Source of the DNA: Macrostomum hystrix
Taxonomy: Eukaryota; Animalia; Platyhelminthes
Reading direction: 5' to 3'
NCBI GenBank assembly: GCA_950097015.1
Contig: CATNEN010000038.1
Span: 25,048,001-25,112,000 of the forward strand
DNA: 64,000 bases
The translations under genes and the position numbers were made by a program. The stretch's first letter is position 1, and each line of letters opens with the position of its first letter. The notes below the pieces were generated by a model. That model was not told the origin of the DNA, did no database searches, and saw nothing but the letters and a program-made list of their open reading frames with translations. Positions 1-11,900 of this stretch are shown piece after piece.

Positions 1-2551
1 CGACCATGCTGCAGATATCATTAACAAACGTGTCGATCAGCAGCAAATCTCTTTCTGTTTCAGGTATGCATGAAAACAAGCACTCCAAAATCATGTTGCC
101 AACCACGAAGACAGGAGCGAAACCGAAGATTCGCTTGTGCCTCTGTACGGTTAGCAAATGCCTTTGTTTGCCTAGTGCGTCAAGAGTTAGACTAGGATCG
201 GCCTGTGCAGGTGATAGTCCCACCACAATGAGCAGCTATCGTCAAGTCCAGTGGCGCATGAGTAAAAAGCTGAACTAGCGAGGCAAAGAACAGCAGTTTC
301 TTCTTTGAATCGTCAATGTTTGTCAGTAGAAGCTCCACAAATTCTTTGATTCGACGGTAATCTTTTTTAAAATACCAAACGCCGAACAGAAATGGGGTGC
401 ATTCCGTTTCATCGCCAACTTCAGTGGCAAACTTTTCAAATGTGACATCACCCCCGACACTGTCGTAAATAGCAGTGAAGGCTTTCGTTTCTTCCTCGTT
501 GAGCTCCATAGTGACTGTGTGACTGCGTGACTGTGCGGTCGCTTGACTGCGTGACTGCGACGATTCGGGGGCCACCTGTTCAACAAATAAGGCAATGAAC
601 TTAGGCGTTGGCTGGAGTAGCCTTAGCTCGCTTACAAAAGTTTGGACCGTAATGAAGTCTGCAGTATGTGAGTCGAAAAGTATTAGCACGGGAATCCCGG
701 AGTCTTTAAAAACAATACAAACAGCGTCAATAATGTCTTTCAGTTTACCTATGCTTTTTACCTCAATGCATGGATAATCCTCACGAAGCTGCCACAATAC
801 AGCCCTGGCGATGGTGGTGGCTCCTGATAGTGGATCGTGATACAGTCGGACAATCTGGTTTTCCCAAGGGTTAAAGCTAGCTCCAGTTCGATCTCTGCTA
901 TTCTCCAGTGAAGCTTTGACCCGATTCTTAAGTTTGTCTATCTCCCTACGCCTGACGAACACTCGCTTGCTGGAGTTCCTGTACTCCATCTGCTCATTAG
1001 CATAGAGCATCTCCTTGGTCAGCTCACTTCCTGCAAGAAACTCTCGAATTAATGAAACTTCTCGTTCCTCTGTTTGCTTTTCATTTAGTTGGCTTTGGCT
1101 CCTTTGACCAGATTTGATGTGATACAGCCTCAGATATGGTTTGTGGCAAGCAAAGCTCTCACGCGACAGGAGGAATCGCCCTGAGATACCTGGCAGCTCA
1201 TAATCTTGCTTCGAAGAGTCGGACGGACTCAAGGAATCCAGAACGTAGCTGATTTGATTGGCGGGTGAGACAAAAGATTCTGAACAGTCCGTTATTTTAA
1301 CACTATTCTTCACACATTCGTGCGTAAAAAGTGCTATTAGTTGAAATTCTTTTGCATTGCCAGACTCTGACTCATAAGCGTCCTTTAGCATGCTGGGAAT
1401 TTCGTCAGGCCTAAGGGTTGAGGCCAAAAAGTCATCCACAGAAGCGGTTAGAAACAAAGCCAGGCAAATGACTGGCTTTGGGGTCAAATTCCTTTCGAAT
1501 ACTGGCTCAAGCGCATTCGACCTGATCAACTTTTTTACCTTAGCCGGATTCTTTTCTTCCTTAATGGAACGTAATTCGCAGCCGTTTGTTTGAATGTTGA
1601 GAGTTCTATCGCCTCGCTGACACTCTTCCATGTCCTTTATTTCAATCTTTTCGTTTAGTTCATTCCAGGCCTTCATGGTATAGAGCCGACCTTGCTTGTT
1701 CATCTCTTCTTCAATTAATGCACAATGATTGCCTGGCTTTCTACTATTGCGATCAAAGTCCAATATAATGCTCCACTTTCCGCGACCCAAGGCCCTAACC
1801 AAAGTGTTCATATCTTCATCCCTCTCGACACCAGAGAACCGCGTTAGTAGGAGCACTCGAAAGTAATTGTATGCACTTTCCAACTTATCCTTGACTAACA
1901 GCATCGCGCTGGCATCGTAATGCTTTGTGAATAGTTTTTTCACACGCTCGTGAATAGTCTGGGTCCATTCTTCTTCAGGCAGGTTTTTCGCGTCACTTCT
2001 GGTATATAACATAAGCGGCTTGTTCGTCCTCGAGTTTGCAGACTTACGCCTGGATTTATTTTTGAAGTACGCTGGACCACACTCTCCCTTGGGTATCTCA
2101 AGCAGCGCGTAAGATCCCGAGGGAATAGTTCCGGTAGCTTCAAAGTGCAAATCCGAATCAAACTTTACAAGGTGAAAGTAGACCTCAATAGTCGGAAGAG
2201 TGCTCGAGTTAAATAAATCCTGGATCTCTTCTTCACCTTTCCAATGATTGAGTGGACAAAAAGTCTTTTTGCTAAAAGAACACTTTCGACCCTCCTCTTC
2301 GATGCCATAGAGCACGTAAGAACTATATTGAGAAGAGTGAGCAATGCTGGGCTCCCGGAGGTCCGGTTGCAGGCCGTTGTACATTGAACAAGCCGAGCGA
2401 AGCATGCGGAAATCGATGTCCTCTGACATCATTGACGTTTTGAACTCCACGTGGGTGGACTCCTTCTCATGCCTGCTGACCAGGTAGACGAACATTTTTT
2501 GTTCCTTGCTAAGGTACACAAACTTGTCTTTGTCGACTTTCAGAGAGCCAC
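1..2551 (-). CDS. SAMD9/SAMD9L-family protein, main exon (AlbA_2 + SIR2-like + STAND P-loop NTPase); frameshift near 195-236; 3' end outside window
   Basis: ORF 192..2519 has the motifs ESTHVEFKT...ACSMYN...VLYGIEE (AlbA_2), YFRVLLLT...KWSIILDFDRNS (cf. SAMD9 KWFAVLEFDPES), IVRLYHDPLSGATTIARAVLWQL (cf. [23 protein letters not shown]), PVLILFD, ELNEEETKAF and PFLFGVWYF, in SAMD9 order. Acceptor ttttag|GT GGC at 2551. Past the TAG at 192-194 a different frame stays open to position 1. Confidence 0.85.
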
Positions 2552-2754
2552 CTAAAATTAAATATAGATGTACTTTTATTTTCTTACTTTCAAGTCTCTT
2601 TCAGAGAAAAAAATTGTTAAAACAAAATTTGCTTTTGAAATTTTCTTTATATCTTGACATTTGAATTGAAGTATGAAATGCTTTCATACTTTTTTGTACT
2701 ACATGGCAACAATTTTTTCCGAATTGAGAATTCTAGATAATAATGATTGCTCAC

Positions 2755-3267
2755 AGTTTTTGAAAAGAATGGCATCCAGTCTGTCAATTTCAATTTCTTC
2801 ATCTTCTTCTTGCGATGCCACTTCATCTCCACTGACAGTTTCTAAAAACGAAGTTTTTTTTAAATCATTTTTTAATGCAGTTCAGTTTCAGCTAGGCTAG
2901 TTCAGTCTAGTAAATAATTTTTTAATGTATTTAATGAAATATTTGTTCTATGAGCAATAAAAACCATAATAGATGATGATTTAGGCCCGCCTGCTTGACC
3001 TGCCTAACCTAATTGCAAAAGGTATTGCTAAAGCAGGTAAAAGACATCATGATATCAGTATGTAGTTCTAGTTATAAAATATATATATATTTATGTTGTT
3101 TTTTAACTTTAATGAACAGTGCTCACCTGTGGCTGTAACGTCCATAAAATCTAAAATCTAATCCACACACACTGAAATTATCGCTATTTAAAAAAATACT
3201 TCCGACTTCTTCATTCTTAAAATTGTACAATAGTACACATAGTCACCTGTGACTGAACTGGATGGAG
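2755..3267 (-). CDS. Candidate upstream exons of the SAMD9-like gene: 3247-3267 (21 nt), 3127-3150 (24 nt), 2755-2841 (87 nt)
   Basis: Each has an AG acceptor and a GTGAC/GTGAG donor. All are symmetric phase-1 and splice in frame to the 2551 acceptor, giving ..PSSSVT-DFMDVTAT-ETVSGDEVASQEEDEEIEIDRLDAILFKN-CGSLK.. Confidence 0.5.
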
Positions 3268-4204
3268 CTAATTTATTGATTTTTTGTCATATAAACAGGT
3301 ACTTAGTACTTATGGTTTATTATCGCAGCTTCCCAAACAAAATATGATAACTGCGAGTCTGTCACAAGGCCTAATCAGAAAAACTTATGCAATAACTGCA
3401 CTGCATTGCATGTTTATCATTTTTATATTTATGGTTGTGAAGTCGTAGTTTCGTCGTTTAACTAATCTAACTAAATCTTCAGAACCTCAGGTAAGAGAAA
3501 ATAAAAGTTTTTTGTTAGTGGCACATTTCTACTATCGTAAGAGCTGAATTCCCTACTTATAAAAGCTTTTAAGTGCAAAACAAACAAAACAAATATTTCG
3601 TTCTTAGGAAGTCAAAAAATTAGCATCACGCAAAGTCTTGATCACCATAACAAATACTAGAATTTTCCAAACGAAAATTGCAGTGTGTGTACTGTAAATG
3701 TATGTGACAGGGCTATAATCATGTGAACAAAGTTGTCACGCAGGTGTAAACTACTTCCTTAAATAATTTCCTTTAACGACGCTGATCCATTATTATGATC
3801 AGATTATTACCAACATACGTGAAGGTCAAACTTTATTTTTTAACTTTGAATTTTGAAATTTTGATCAACATTAAAATTTTCCCATTACCATTAACATTTT
3901 TATATGACCATAATTACAATTTAAAAATTCTGTTAACATTTTGATCAACAAGAAAACTGGATTATATAAAGCTAGTACACTAGTTGAATAAAAATGGCAT
4001 TCACGCTGTAAAGATTCAAATATAGACTGTAGCTAGACTGAAATGAGAGGTAAAAAACTAAATGTAAATGTATCGTAAAGGATGCATTTTTATAAAAGCA
4101 TATGCCAAACACTGCACGAATTAATATGCACATGTAGGGTGTTGAATCATGGGTTACATTTATAGGACTTTGGCAATTGTAAATATGCATCAGCATAAAG
4201 AAGT

Positions 4205-5910
4205 ACACTAGGCGACTAGGGGGTGATCAGATGGCAGAGCTGTCTATCGCGTTCCTGAGCTCGATTCCATGGCGAAATATCGCGTACGGAGAGAAGTCTT
4301 GTTTAACAATTGTCGTACAATTTATTATGTTTCAGCTAGACGGGCAGACGATCAAGCTCGCCTACATTGGCGGTCTGGAACGTGCTCCACTTGGAGGAGG
4401 ACATCCAGCGAGTCAGATGATCGCCTGTGTAGTGTCAGCTTGTTTGTACTTCTATCTCCCCGTGTTATTTTTCAGTGCTTAATTATCTATTTTTAGACGC
4501 GTGTGTTTTTTTTCTAAGAGTCACCCACGCCAAGCCGGGCCGGACCAGCTGGGGGAACGGACGCCCACCACCCCGCGAGCGCTACCCCTGGGCTACGGTC
4601 CCGGCCAATCAGCGAGCGACCTGGCCTCACTGCCTGTCTACCCTCGGCAAGAAGCAACCCCGGGGCTCAGAACGGCGGTCGCAAGTCTACTGTGATTTGT
4701 CACCTTGGCTCAAGCTACAGCCAGGCATCCACCTCGCCGATCGACCTAGTTTGGGGTTGAAATGACTCTATATAACGAAGCGTGTTTTTGTAGTCCAAAA
4801 TTATCTCTTTTCCTGCAATCCGCCTCACACTGTGAGAAGCACGTGCAAATTATCGCTATCGGCAATTCGCCTCACACTGTGAGAAGCACGCGCCAGCAAA
4901 TTAAGTCCACTTGTTTTGTCCTTCCCCGCCCGACCACGCTCCGCTTGTTCAGTTAGGTAGCTTTCGGCGCTACGCGTCTTGAGAGTGCGCCGCTGACAAG
5001 GGTGGTCTAGATAGGCGCTGGTTGTCGAAGTCAGTACGTGCTCTCTTCGGAGACTCCGCCGTCCGGCAGAAGGAGTGCCAACCGATAGGATTTGTCGGGG
5101 CAGCGCTGAAAGCAGAGACAACCGGAGCCTCTCGGGAAGAGTAGGGCGCGGATTAGGCCAGTTAGGTAAAATTGTTATATCCAAATTGTTAGGCCAGACT
5201 TGCTTCTCACTGTGAGCGCGCTACAATTTATTTCTGTGCAAACATTTATTCTGTCAGTATAACTTTTAAGTCAAGTAAACGATATTCAAAGTAATTCCTA
5301 TTCGTATCTGGAATCTTAGTCACAGCTGATCAAATCACTTCTAATCAAATTATTCGAGTCTTGTGTTCACACTGTGTTATTCCTTTTTCATTGGGAGTTT
5401 CGCCGGGCCGGAGGACGACATTTCCTATTCCGCTTCGCTTGCTACCCTAGTACTCTAACGCTATTTAATTTCAGATTCCCTGCTGCTATTGAAACGATTG
5501 GTAGGACACCGACCCCGGTGAATAGTGAATAGTCGCTAGCTTTAAAATTCCTCTCGCTCCAGCTAGGACATTCATTTTATTACACCTGAGTGGCCTACCG
5601 GATCAGGTTCACGCCGACCTTCAGTTACATTGCCTGCAACGACGCTGAAATTTGGAGACTGATGGCAACGATCAGGGGCTGATGAACGAGGGCCCAGCTG
5701 CAGCGCTGCTGTTTAATTATTACTATGCTGCGCCGGTGGCCGCAAGATAATAATAAACTAGGGAGCCTCTTCTTTAAGTCCAGCTGCTCACTTTCGTAGG
5801 GCTCAAACGGGGGGGCCAAGCTCGGAACCGTAGCTGCAGTTTATGGACCATACATGCATTCTGAGCGACAGTCAGACACCTCTGAAGGACTGTGGCCTTG
5901 CGGCCCCATT
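4205..5910. mobile_element. GC-richer non-coding segment, probable transposon/LTR remnant
   Basis: Abrupt compositional shift from the AT-rich flanks; internal direct repeat cgcctcacactgtgagaagcacg (~4821 and ~4868); no convincing ORF; termini and TSD not identified. Confidence 0.25.
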
Positions 5911-8235
5911 TTAATGTCGTTGTCGATGTTTGTATACATTACTATATACTTACTGTACCAACTTTTACTAGCGTAAACTCATTGGCTTAATTGTTATGCT
6001 TAAAAATACAATAACATGTGCGCATTTATTTTATATGACTACGAATATGTACTGATATTTCTAAATTTCCATTATATTTATCGCGTCGGATCGAAAGTCA
6101 CGAAGAGAAACCGCGATAACAAGTTGCCCGAGCGTATGTATATGTACAGACACACGATCTACATTTTTCTGAAATATCTATTGCAGTTTCTTGGTTTCTG
6201 AGGCCAAGTATGTGTGCGAAAAAAATGAAAATGCATTGGAATGGACAGTAAAGTAGCATTCTTTTATGCTTCTACCATAAGGGGTTGACCCCAAATTTAT
6301 TGTCCAAGCTTTTGTTGGCAGTTGGCTATTGTCTTCAACGAATTTTTTAGCGTAGTTTTTATAAATCACCCACGTGCGTATGAATTAAACCCACCACTTC
6401 AGACCAGCATTCTTTTGCGCGAGTAACTATAGACTCAATTCTCATTTTGCATTCTGTGGAGGCTGCGAATTCTACCTTTTGAAACGAATTCAAAGTGGAC
6501 AGTCGTGGGGTTACTCATCGGGGGGTGGACAGTGTAGTTGGATTGACCCTAATTTGGTACTGCAATGGTTACGAGTGCAGCCATATAGCCGAGGGCTACT
6601 AAAGATGAAGGCTATACATTGCAGCGTGTTTTCTATAATTTGAGGTCGAGCATTTGGAAGCTTGGAAATTAATTTGAATAAAAGGCTTTCGCTGAGTGCA
6701 ATATCTACAAAATGCCGCTATGCACAATGACTGTGACCTCTGCATGGCACTTAGAGAATAAATGCTGCAGCTTATTTACAACAGATTATTACGTTTTTAA
6801 CGTTTTCTTTGTTTTAAAGTTTTGCGTAGGCAAAATTTAGCATATTAATATAGAGGAAAATATAAATGCGATCTTCATCCTCCAATCGTTCCCCAATCAT
6901 ACCACTAACACTGGTTAAACCTACTATACGTTCTCGACGAAATACAAGCGATTAAACTTCCTAACTCTTTCCCTGTTTCGCTATTAAATAGACCGAGTTC
7001 CTTAGTTATTTTCCTAATAAGATTAAAACAGTTAAGATACCTTTGCCTTTCCAATCCTCTCCCAAAGATCTCTCGTCGGCCTTCTTTACCCAAATCCACC
7101 CTATTACATGATCCCTCCTAAGTTATCTTATGTGAGTCCACCTAAAGTTATCTAAATACCCCCCTAAAGTCCCAAAACTCCGCCTTTATCCCTCATGAGA
7201 CTGTACTAATTCCGGAGTGCGAAGGACGTTCACCAGGCAACTTCAATCCATCCTGATACGCCCCACGGACTGTGTGCCCCAGATCAGTGACCTAAGCCCT
7301 CGTGCCAGCAACAGTAAATTCCGCTCCCATTGTTAGTAGCTAGTGTCTTGCCGCTCGGGCATTACTAGCGCTACCTTAGGTATAACCCGAACAGCGTGGA
7401 AAATACCTATTCTCACCCTCATAACTTACGCTACCATTCCCCCCAAATACTCAGCTCACCAATCCCAAATCCAACAAATAGAGAGAGAGAGAGCTGAGAG
7501 GTCTGCTACACAAGATTTTAACCTTATTTAAGGTGTACTTAAAATATCAGGTCGACAGTTATACATTAGCATTCCAAGGTCTATATTCCACTGAGCATGC
7601 AGTTCTCCCAAGAGAAGAATAGGCATGCATGTAGACTTGTTTGCAAAACATGTTTATACTTGAAATTTTAATACATGTGAAATTAATCAGTTTTCAACTT
7701 TTTGTTAGTCTGGAGCTCATTATACTCGTAAAATTATGGAAAATTCCAATGAATTCCACTCAGTGCTAACATAACATTTGTTAACTCTCATATTTAGTCA
7801 AGGTCTAGAGATTTTCGTTTGAGAGCGTAAAATAGCTTGGCCCACTCGCACAATAGACGCCCAGATGAGGCTTTTGAGATGCTAAAAGAGAGATAAAGAA
7901 AAAAACAGAACTCGTATCAGAGCTTCTCTTAATCGGCTCGTCTCTGGTTTTGAGTTTTGCGTGCTCAGCATTCTTGTTTGCCAGCGACAATGCTTACTCA
8001 GTGAGTTACCATACTGTACCCTGTATAATATAGAAAAGGGTTGGCACGTAAAGTGAGTTAGGAAATGCATGACGCTGAATGCAATGCCTGTCTATGAGCA
8101 CACAGCTAGCTAGCACAATGCTTCACAATATAGACATTAGAATTTTCGAATCATAGAATGTCTTCTGTCCAAGGAGAAATAGTTTTGTTTCGGGGGGGGG
8201 GGGCTAGGAATGCCACTCGAATGTGCTCCAAACGG

Positions 8236-8435
8236 TATAAAAGGGCCAACTGGGTCATCGCGGTCTATTTTTTCCTCACCCCAGCCCGAAGAAGAAACAT
8301 CGCCAGTTTAAACTAAGACGCGAAAGCCTCGATTTGTTCTCGACAAAAACTCTCAACTGTTTACAGGTCACATTATACTGCTTTCCGGTCTTCATTTTGT
8401 TGTTAAAGCGGCCAGCTACTGTCATACCTGTTAAA
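8236..8435 (+). promoter_or_regulatory. Putative TATA box and non-coding first exon of the plakin-repeat gene
   Basis: TATAAAAG at 8236; donor GTAAGT at 8436; acceptor tttcaacag at ~8911 just before the ATG at 8932. Confidence 0.4.
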
Positions 8436-8931
8436 GTAAGTATTCACTTGTGTCAACTAAAGGACAAAATAATTTATATCTAATTATTCTATTTTTTCGG
8501 TTTTGATCCAATTAAAATGCTCGTCTGTATCTTGACTATGTATGCTAAGATTTCTGGGCACCCTACGCTCGTAGAAATTTAAAATTATTCCTCTGCATTT
8601 CAATTTTTTAATACTCTACATAATATTACCAGATTGCATAAACTGGTGAATGTACTGTTAATATTAAATCAGACTTAATAAAAGTAACCCGAGTTTTTTA
8701 AGTTAACGAATGATTTCGGTGTTCAAACAATGCAGGAAGATATGGAGTGCATGTACACATTGTTTCTTATTAAGTTTCTTATTCTTCGCAGCAATTAATT
8801 TCCATTTATTTTGCCGTTGAAACTCATTTTATGATGGAAAAATCCAACCTACTCATCGTTTTATACTACTAACAGTAGAAGTATAATAAAACTATTTGAC
8901 AATTTCAACAGAGAAAAATACAGGAGACACC

Positions 8932-11900
8932 ATGACGTCAGGTGGTGGCGGAGCGGCCATCAAGATCGAGCATCGAGTTCAGGCCTGGCTGTCTGACAAC
9001 AAAAGCGGCGTTGAGCAACCGATATTCGGCTGCACCCAGCAGGCCCTGGCTCGTCAGGAGATCGTCCAAAAGGCGCTACTAACCCAGATTCACCGGCTGG
9101 AGCGACAGATTGAGCTGTCTAGCGAGAAGCTGACGGCCAGCTCAGCACAGCTTGAGCAAGCTCGCACAGAGGTCGGCCTCAACCAGGACGCCATCCGGTA
9201 TCTGGGCCGCATATCAGCCCTGGAGAATGTCTTCATGGAGGCAACCAATCAGGTGGCTGAGCAGGCTATCAGCCTGGCCCAGGTGCAGGACGATGTTGTC
9301 ATCGGTGGAAAGAAGGTCAGCAAGACGGCTTTTAGTCGGGAATTTATGTACTTAAGATGCGTTTTGCGTTTCTTTCATATCATAATTTTTAACTCCAATG
9401 CCACTGTAGACGACATAGATCAAAAACAGTCATTGAGGTCGATACCTTAAACATTGCTACTTCAGGTTGATACCTTAAACATTGCTACTTCAGGTTGATA
9501 CCTTACAGATTTATACTTGAGGTCGATACTTAAAATTTACTACTTGAGGTCGATACTTAAACATTTCTACTTCAGGTCGATACCTTAAAGATTACTACAT
9601 AAGGTCGATACCTTAAAGATTAGTACGTAAGGTCGATACTTTAAACATTACTTCTTGAGGTCGATACTTAAACATTTTTACTTGAGGTCGATACTTAAAA
9701 ATTACTACGTAAGGTCGATACCTTAAAGATTACTACGTAAGGTCGATATCTGAAAGATTACTACGTAAGGTAGATATCTGAAAGATTACTTCTTGAGGTC
9801 GATACTTAAACATTTTTACTTGAGGTCGATACTTAAAAATTACTACGTAAGGTCGATACTTTAAAGATTACTACGTAAGGTCGATACCTGAAAGATTACT
9901 ACTTGAGGTCGATACCTGAAAGATTACTACTTGAGGTCGATACCTTAAACATTACTACTTGAGGTCGATACCTTAAACATTACTTCTTGAAGCCTTAACC
10001 GTTAGTCCATAGGGTCAATACCTCAACATTTAGTTCGTGAGATCGATACCTTAACTCATTGTTCGTGATATCCATATTTTACCAATTTTTCGATATGTCG
10101 CAATTGCAAATTACCCATCAGATGCTTAGTGACGTGGTCACCCAAAGCTGGGACTGGGTCAGCAAGCTGGGCGAGCTAATGCAGTTGCACCTGAAGAACT
10201 CTGCTGACTACCACTCCTTCTACCACAATGCCAACGAGCTCGACGGCCTGTTGAACTCCCGTCGGGCCAACAACAGCCAACTAGTCGGCTCAATTCCGTC
10301 CAACGGCCTGCCCGCCTCCATGCATCGGATGAACACCGTGCTGGGCGTAAGTTTTGGCGATGCAACTACTGACTTAGTAGTATGGCGAACATGTCTGTTT
10401 TAAGCATATTGAAAATATGGTGGACTTTCACGAAACTCGGCTTAGCTAAACTATTACTGCGACCTTTGAGCACACGCATGCATACGTACTCAGGCACGTA
10501 CTCACGCAGGGGCGTGCATGTACATCCGCCCTGAATTTGCACCGCAGGACAACCTGTCCCAGTTCCTGTTTCTGTGGCAGCGCACGGACGACCTGGTGTC
10601 AAAGAGTCACAGCGTTGTCCCGGTGTATAGACGGACTCACCCCATCGATACCGGCTACCCGGGCCGCAATATTCATCGCTTCGACGATGGAGAGGTGAGC
10701 GCTTCTCTGATGCCTGCTCACTGGGTGTCGCAGAAATGTACTTTTGTTGCTTTTTTGTATCAAAATTAGTCTATTCTATTCACAGTGCGCCCCCGTTGAC
10801 TGGCTACCCCGTCCACGCAGTCAATAGATCTATTATCGATTTTTCGCCGATTCCCACTCGCTGCTAAACATCAACTTTCGTTCCCCTCCATCGGTTTCCT
10901 CAGCCTCATTGTCTCTCCGCTAAATGGACTCTCCTTTCAAACACAGCCTATCATATTTATCTAATAGTTAGTTTTTTATAACTGCTACATTTAATTCATT
11001 TAGTCAACCGGATCAGATATTTACTCTGCACTTTTCACTTCTTTAACTTAAATCTACGACATAGCTCGTAATTTGTCAGCTCACATTTTCCCTCATGATC
11101 CCCTATCCAAAAATATGATTCTCCATTATGATTCCTTATCTCTGATGTCTGATCCCGATCATGATCCCTTATCCCTGAAGTCTGATCCCAACCATGATCC
11201 CTTATCCCTGAAGTCAGATATATCCTGATCCCTTATCCCTGAGATCTGATCCCTATATGATCCCTTATCTATGATGTCTGATCCCGATCATGATCCCTTA
11301 TCCCTGAAGTCAGATCTATCATGATCCCTTATCCCTGAAGTCAGATCTATCATGATCCCTTATCCATGAAGTCAGTTCTATCCTGATCCCTTATCCCTGA
11401 AGTCAGATCTATCATGATCCCTTATCCCTGAAGTCAGATCTATCCTGATCCCTTATCCCTGAAGTCAGATCTATCATGATCTCTTATCCCTGAAGTCAGA
11501 TCTATCATGATCCCTTATCCCTGAAGTCAGATCTATCCTGATCCCTTATCCATGAAGTCAGTTCTATCCTGATCCCTTATCCCTGAAGTCAGAACTATCA
11601 TGATCCCTTATCCCTGAAGTCAGATCTATCCTGATCCCTTATCCCTGAAGTCAGATCTATCATGATCTCTTATCCCTGAAGTCAGATCTATCATGATCCC
11701 TTATCCCTGAAGTCAGATCTATCCTGATCCCTTATCCCTGAAGTCAGATCTATCCTGATCCCTTATCCATGAAGTCAGTTCTATCCTGATCCCTTATCCC
11801 TGAAGTCAGAACTATCAGGATCCCTTATCCCTGAAGTCAGATCTATCCTGATCCCTTATCAAGAAGTCAGATCGTCATTAATCCAGTTTTATCCCAACAA

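Noticed and set aside
4783-5378. Four CACTGTG heptamers resembling RAG/Transib signal sequences
   Set aside because: The nearest nonamer-like sequence is 36 bp away rather than 12 or 23; all are in the same orientation, and there is no transposase.
7202-7557. TG...CA segment resembling a solo LTR
   Set aside because: No target-site duplication and no second copy in the window.
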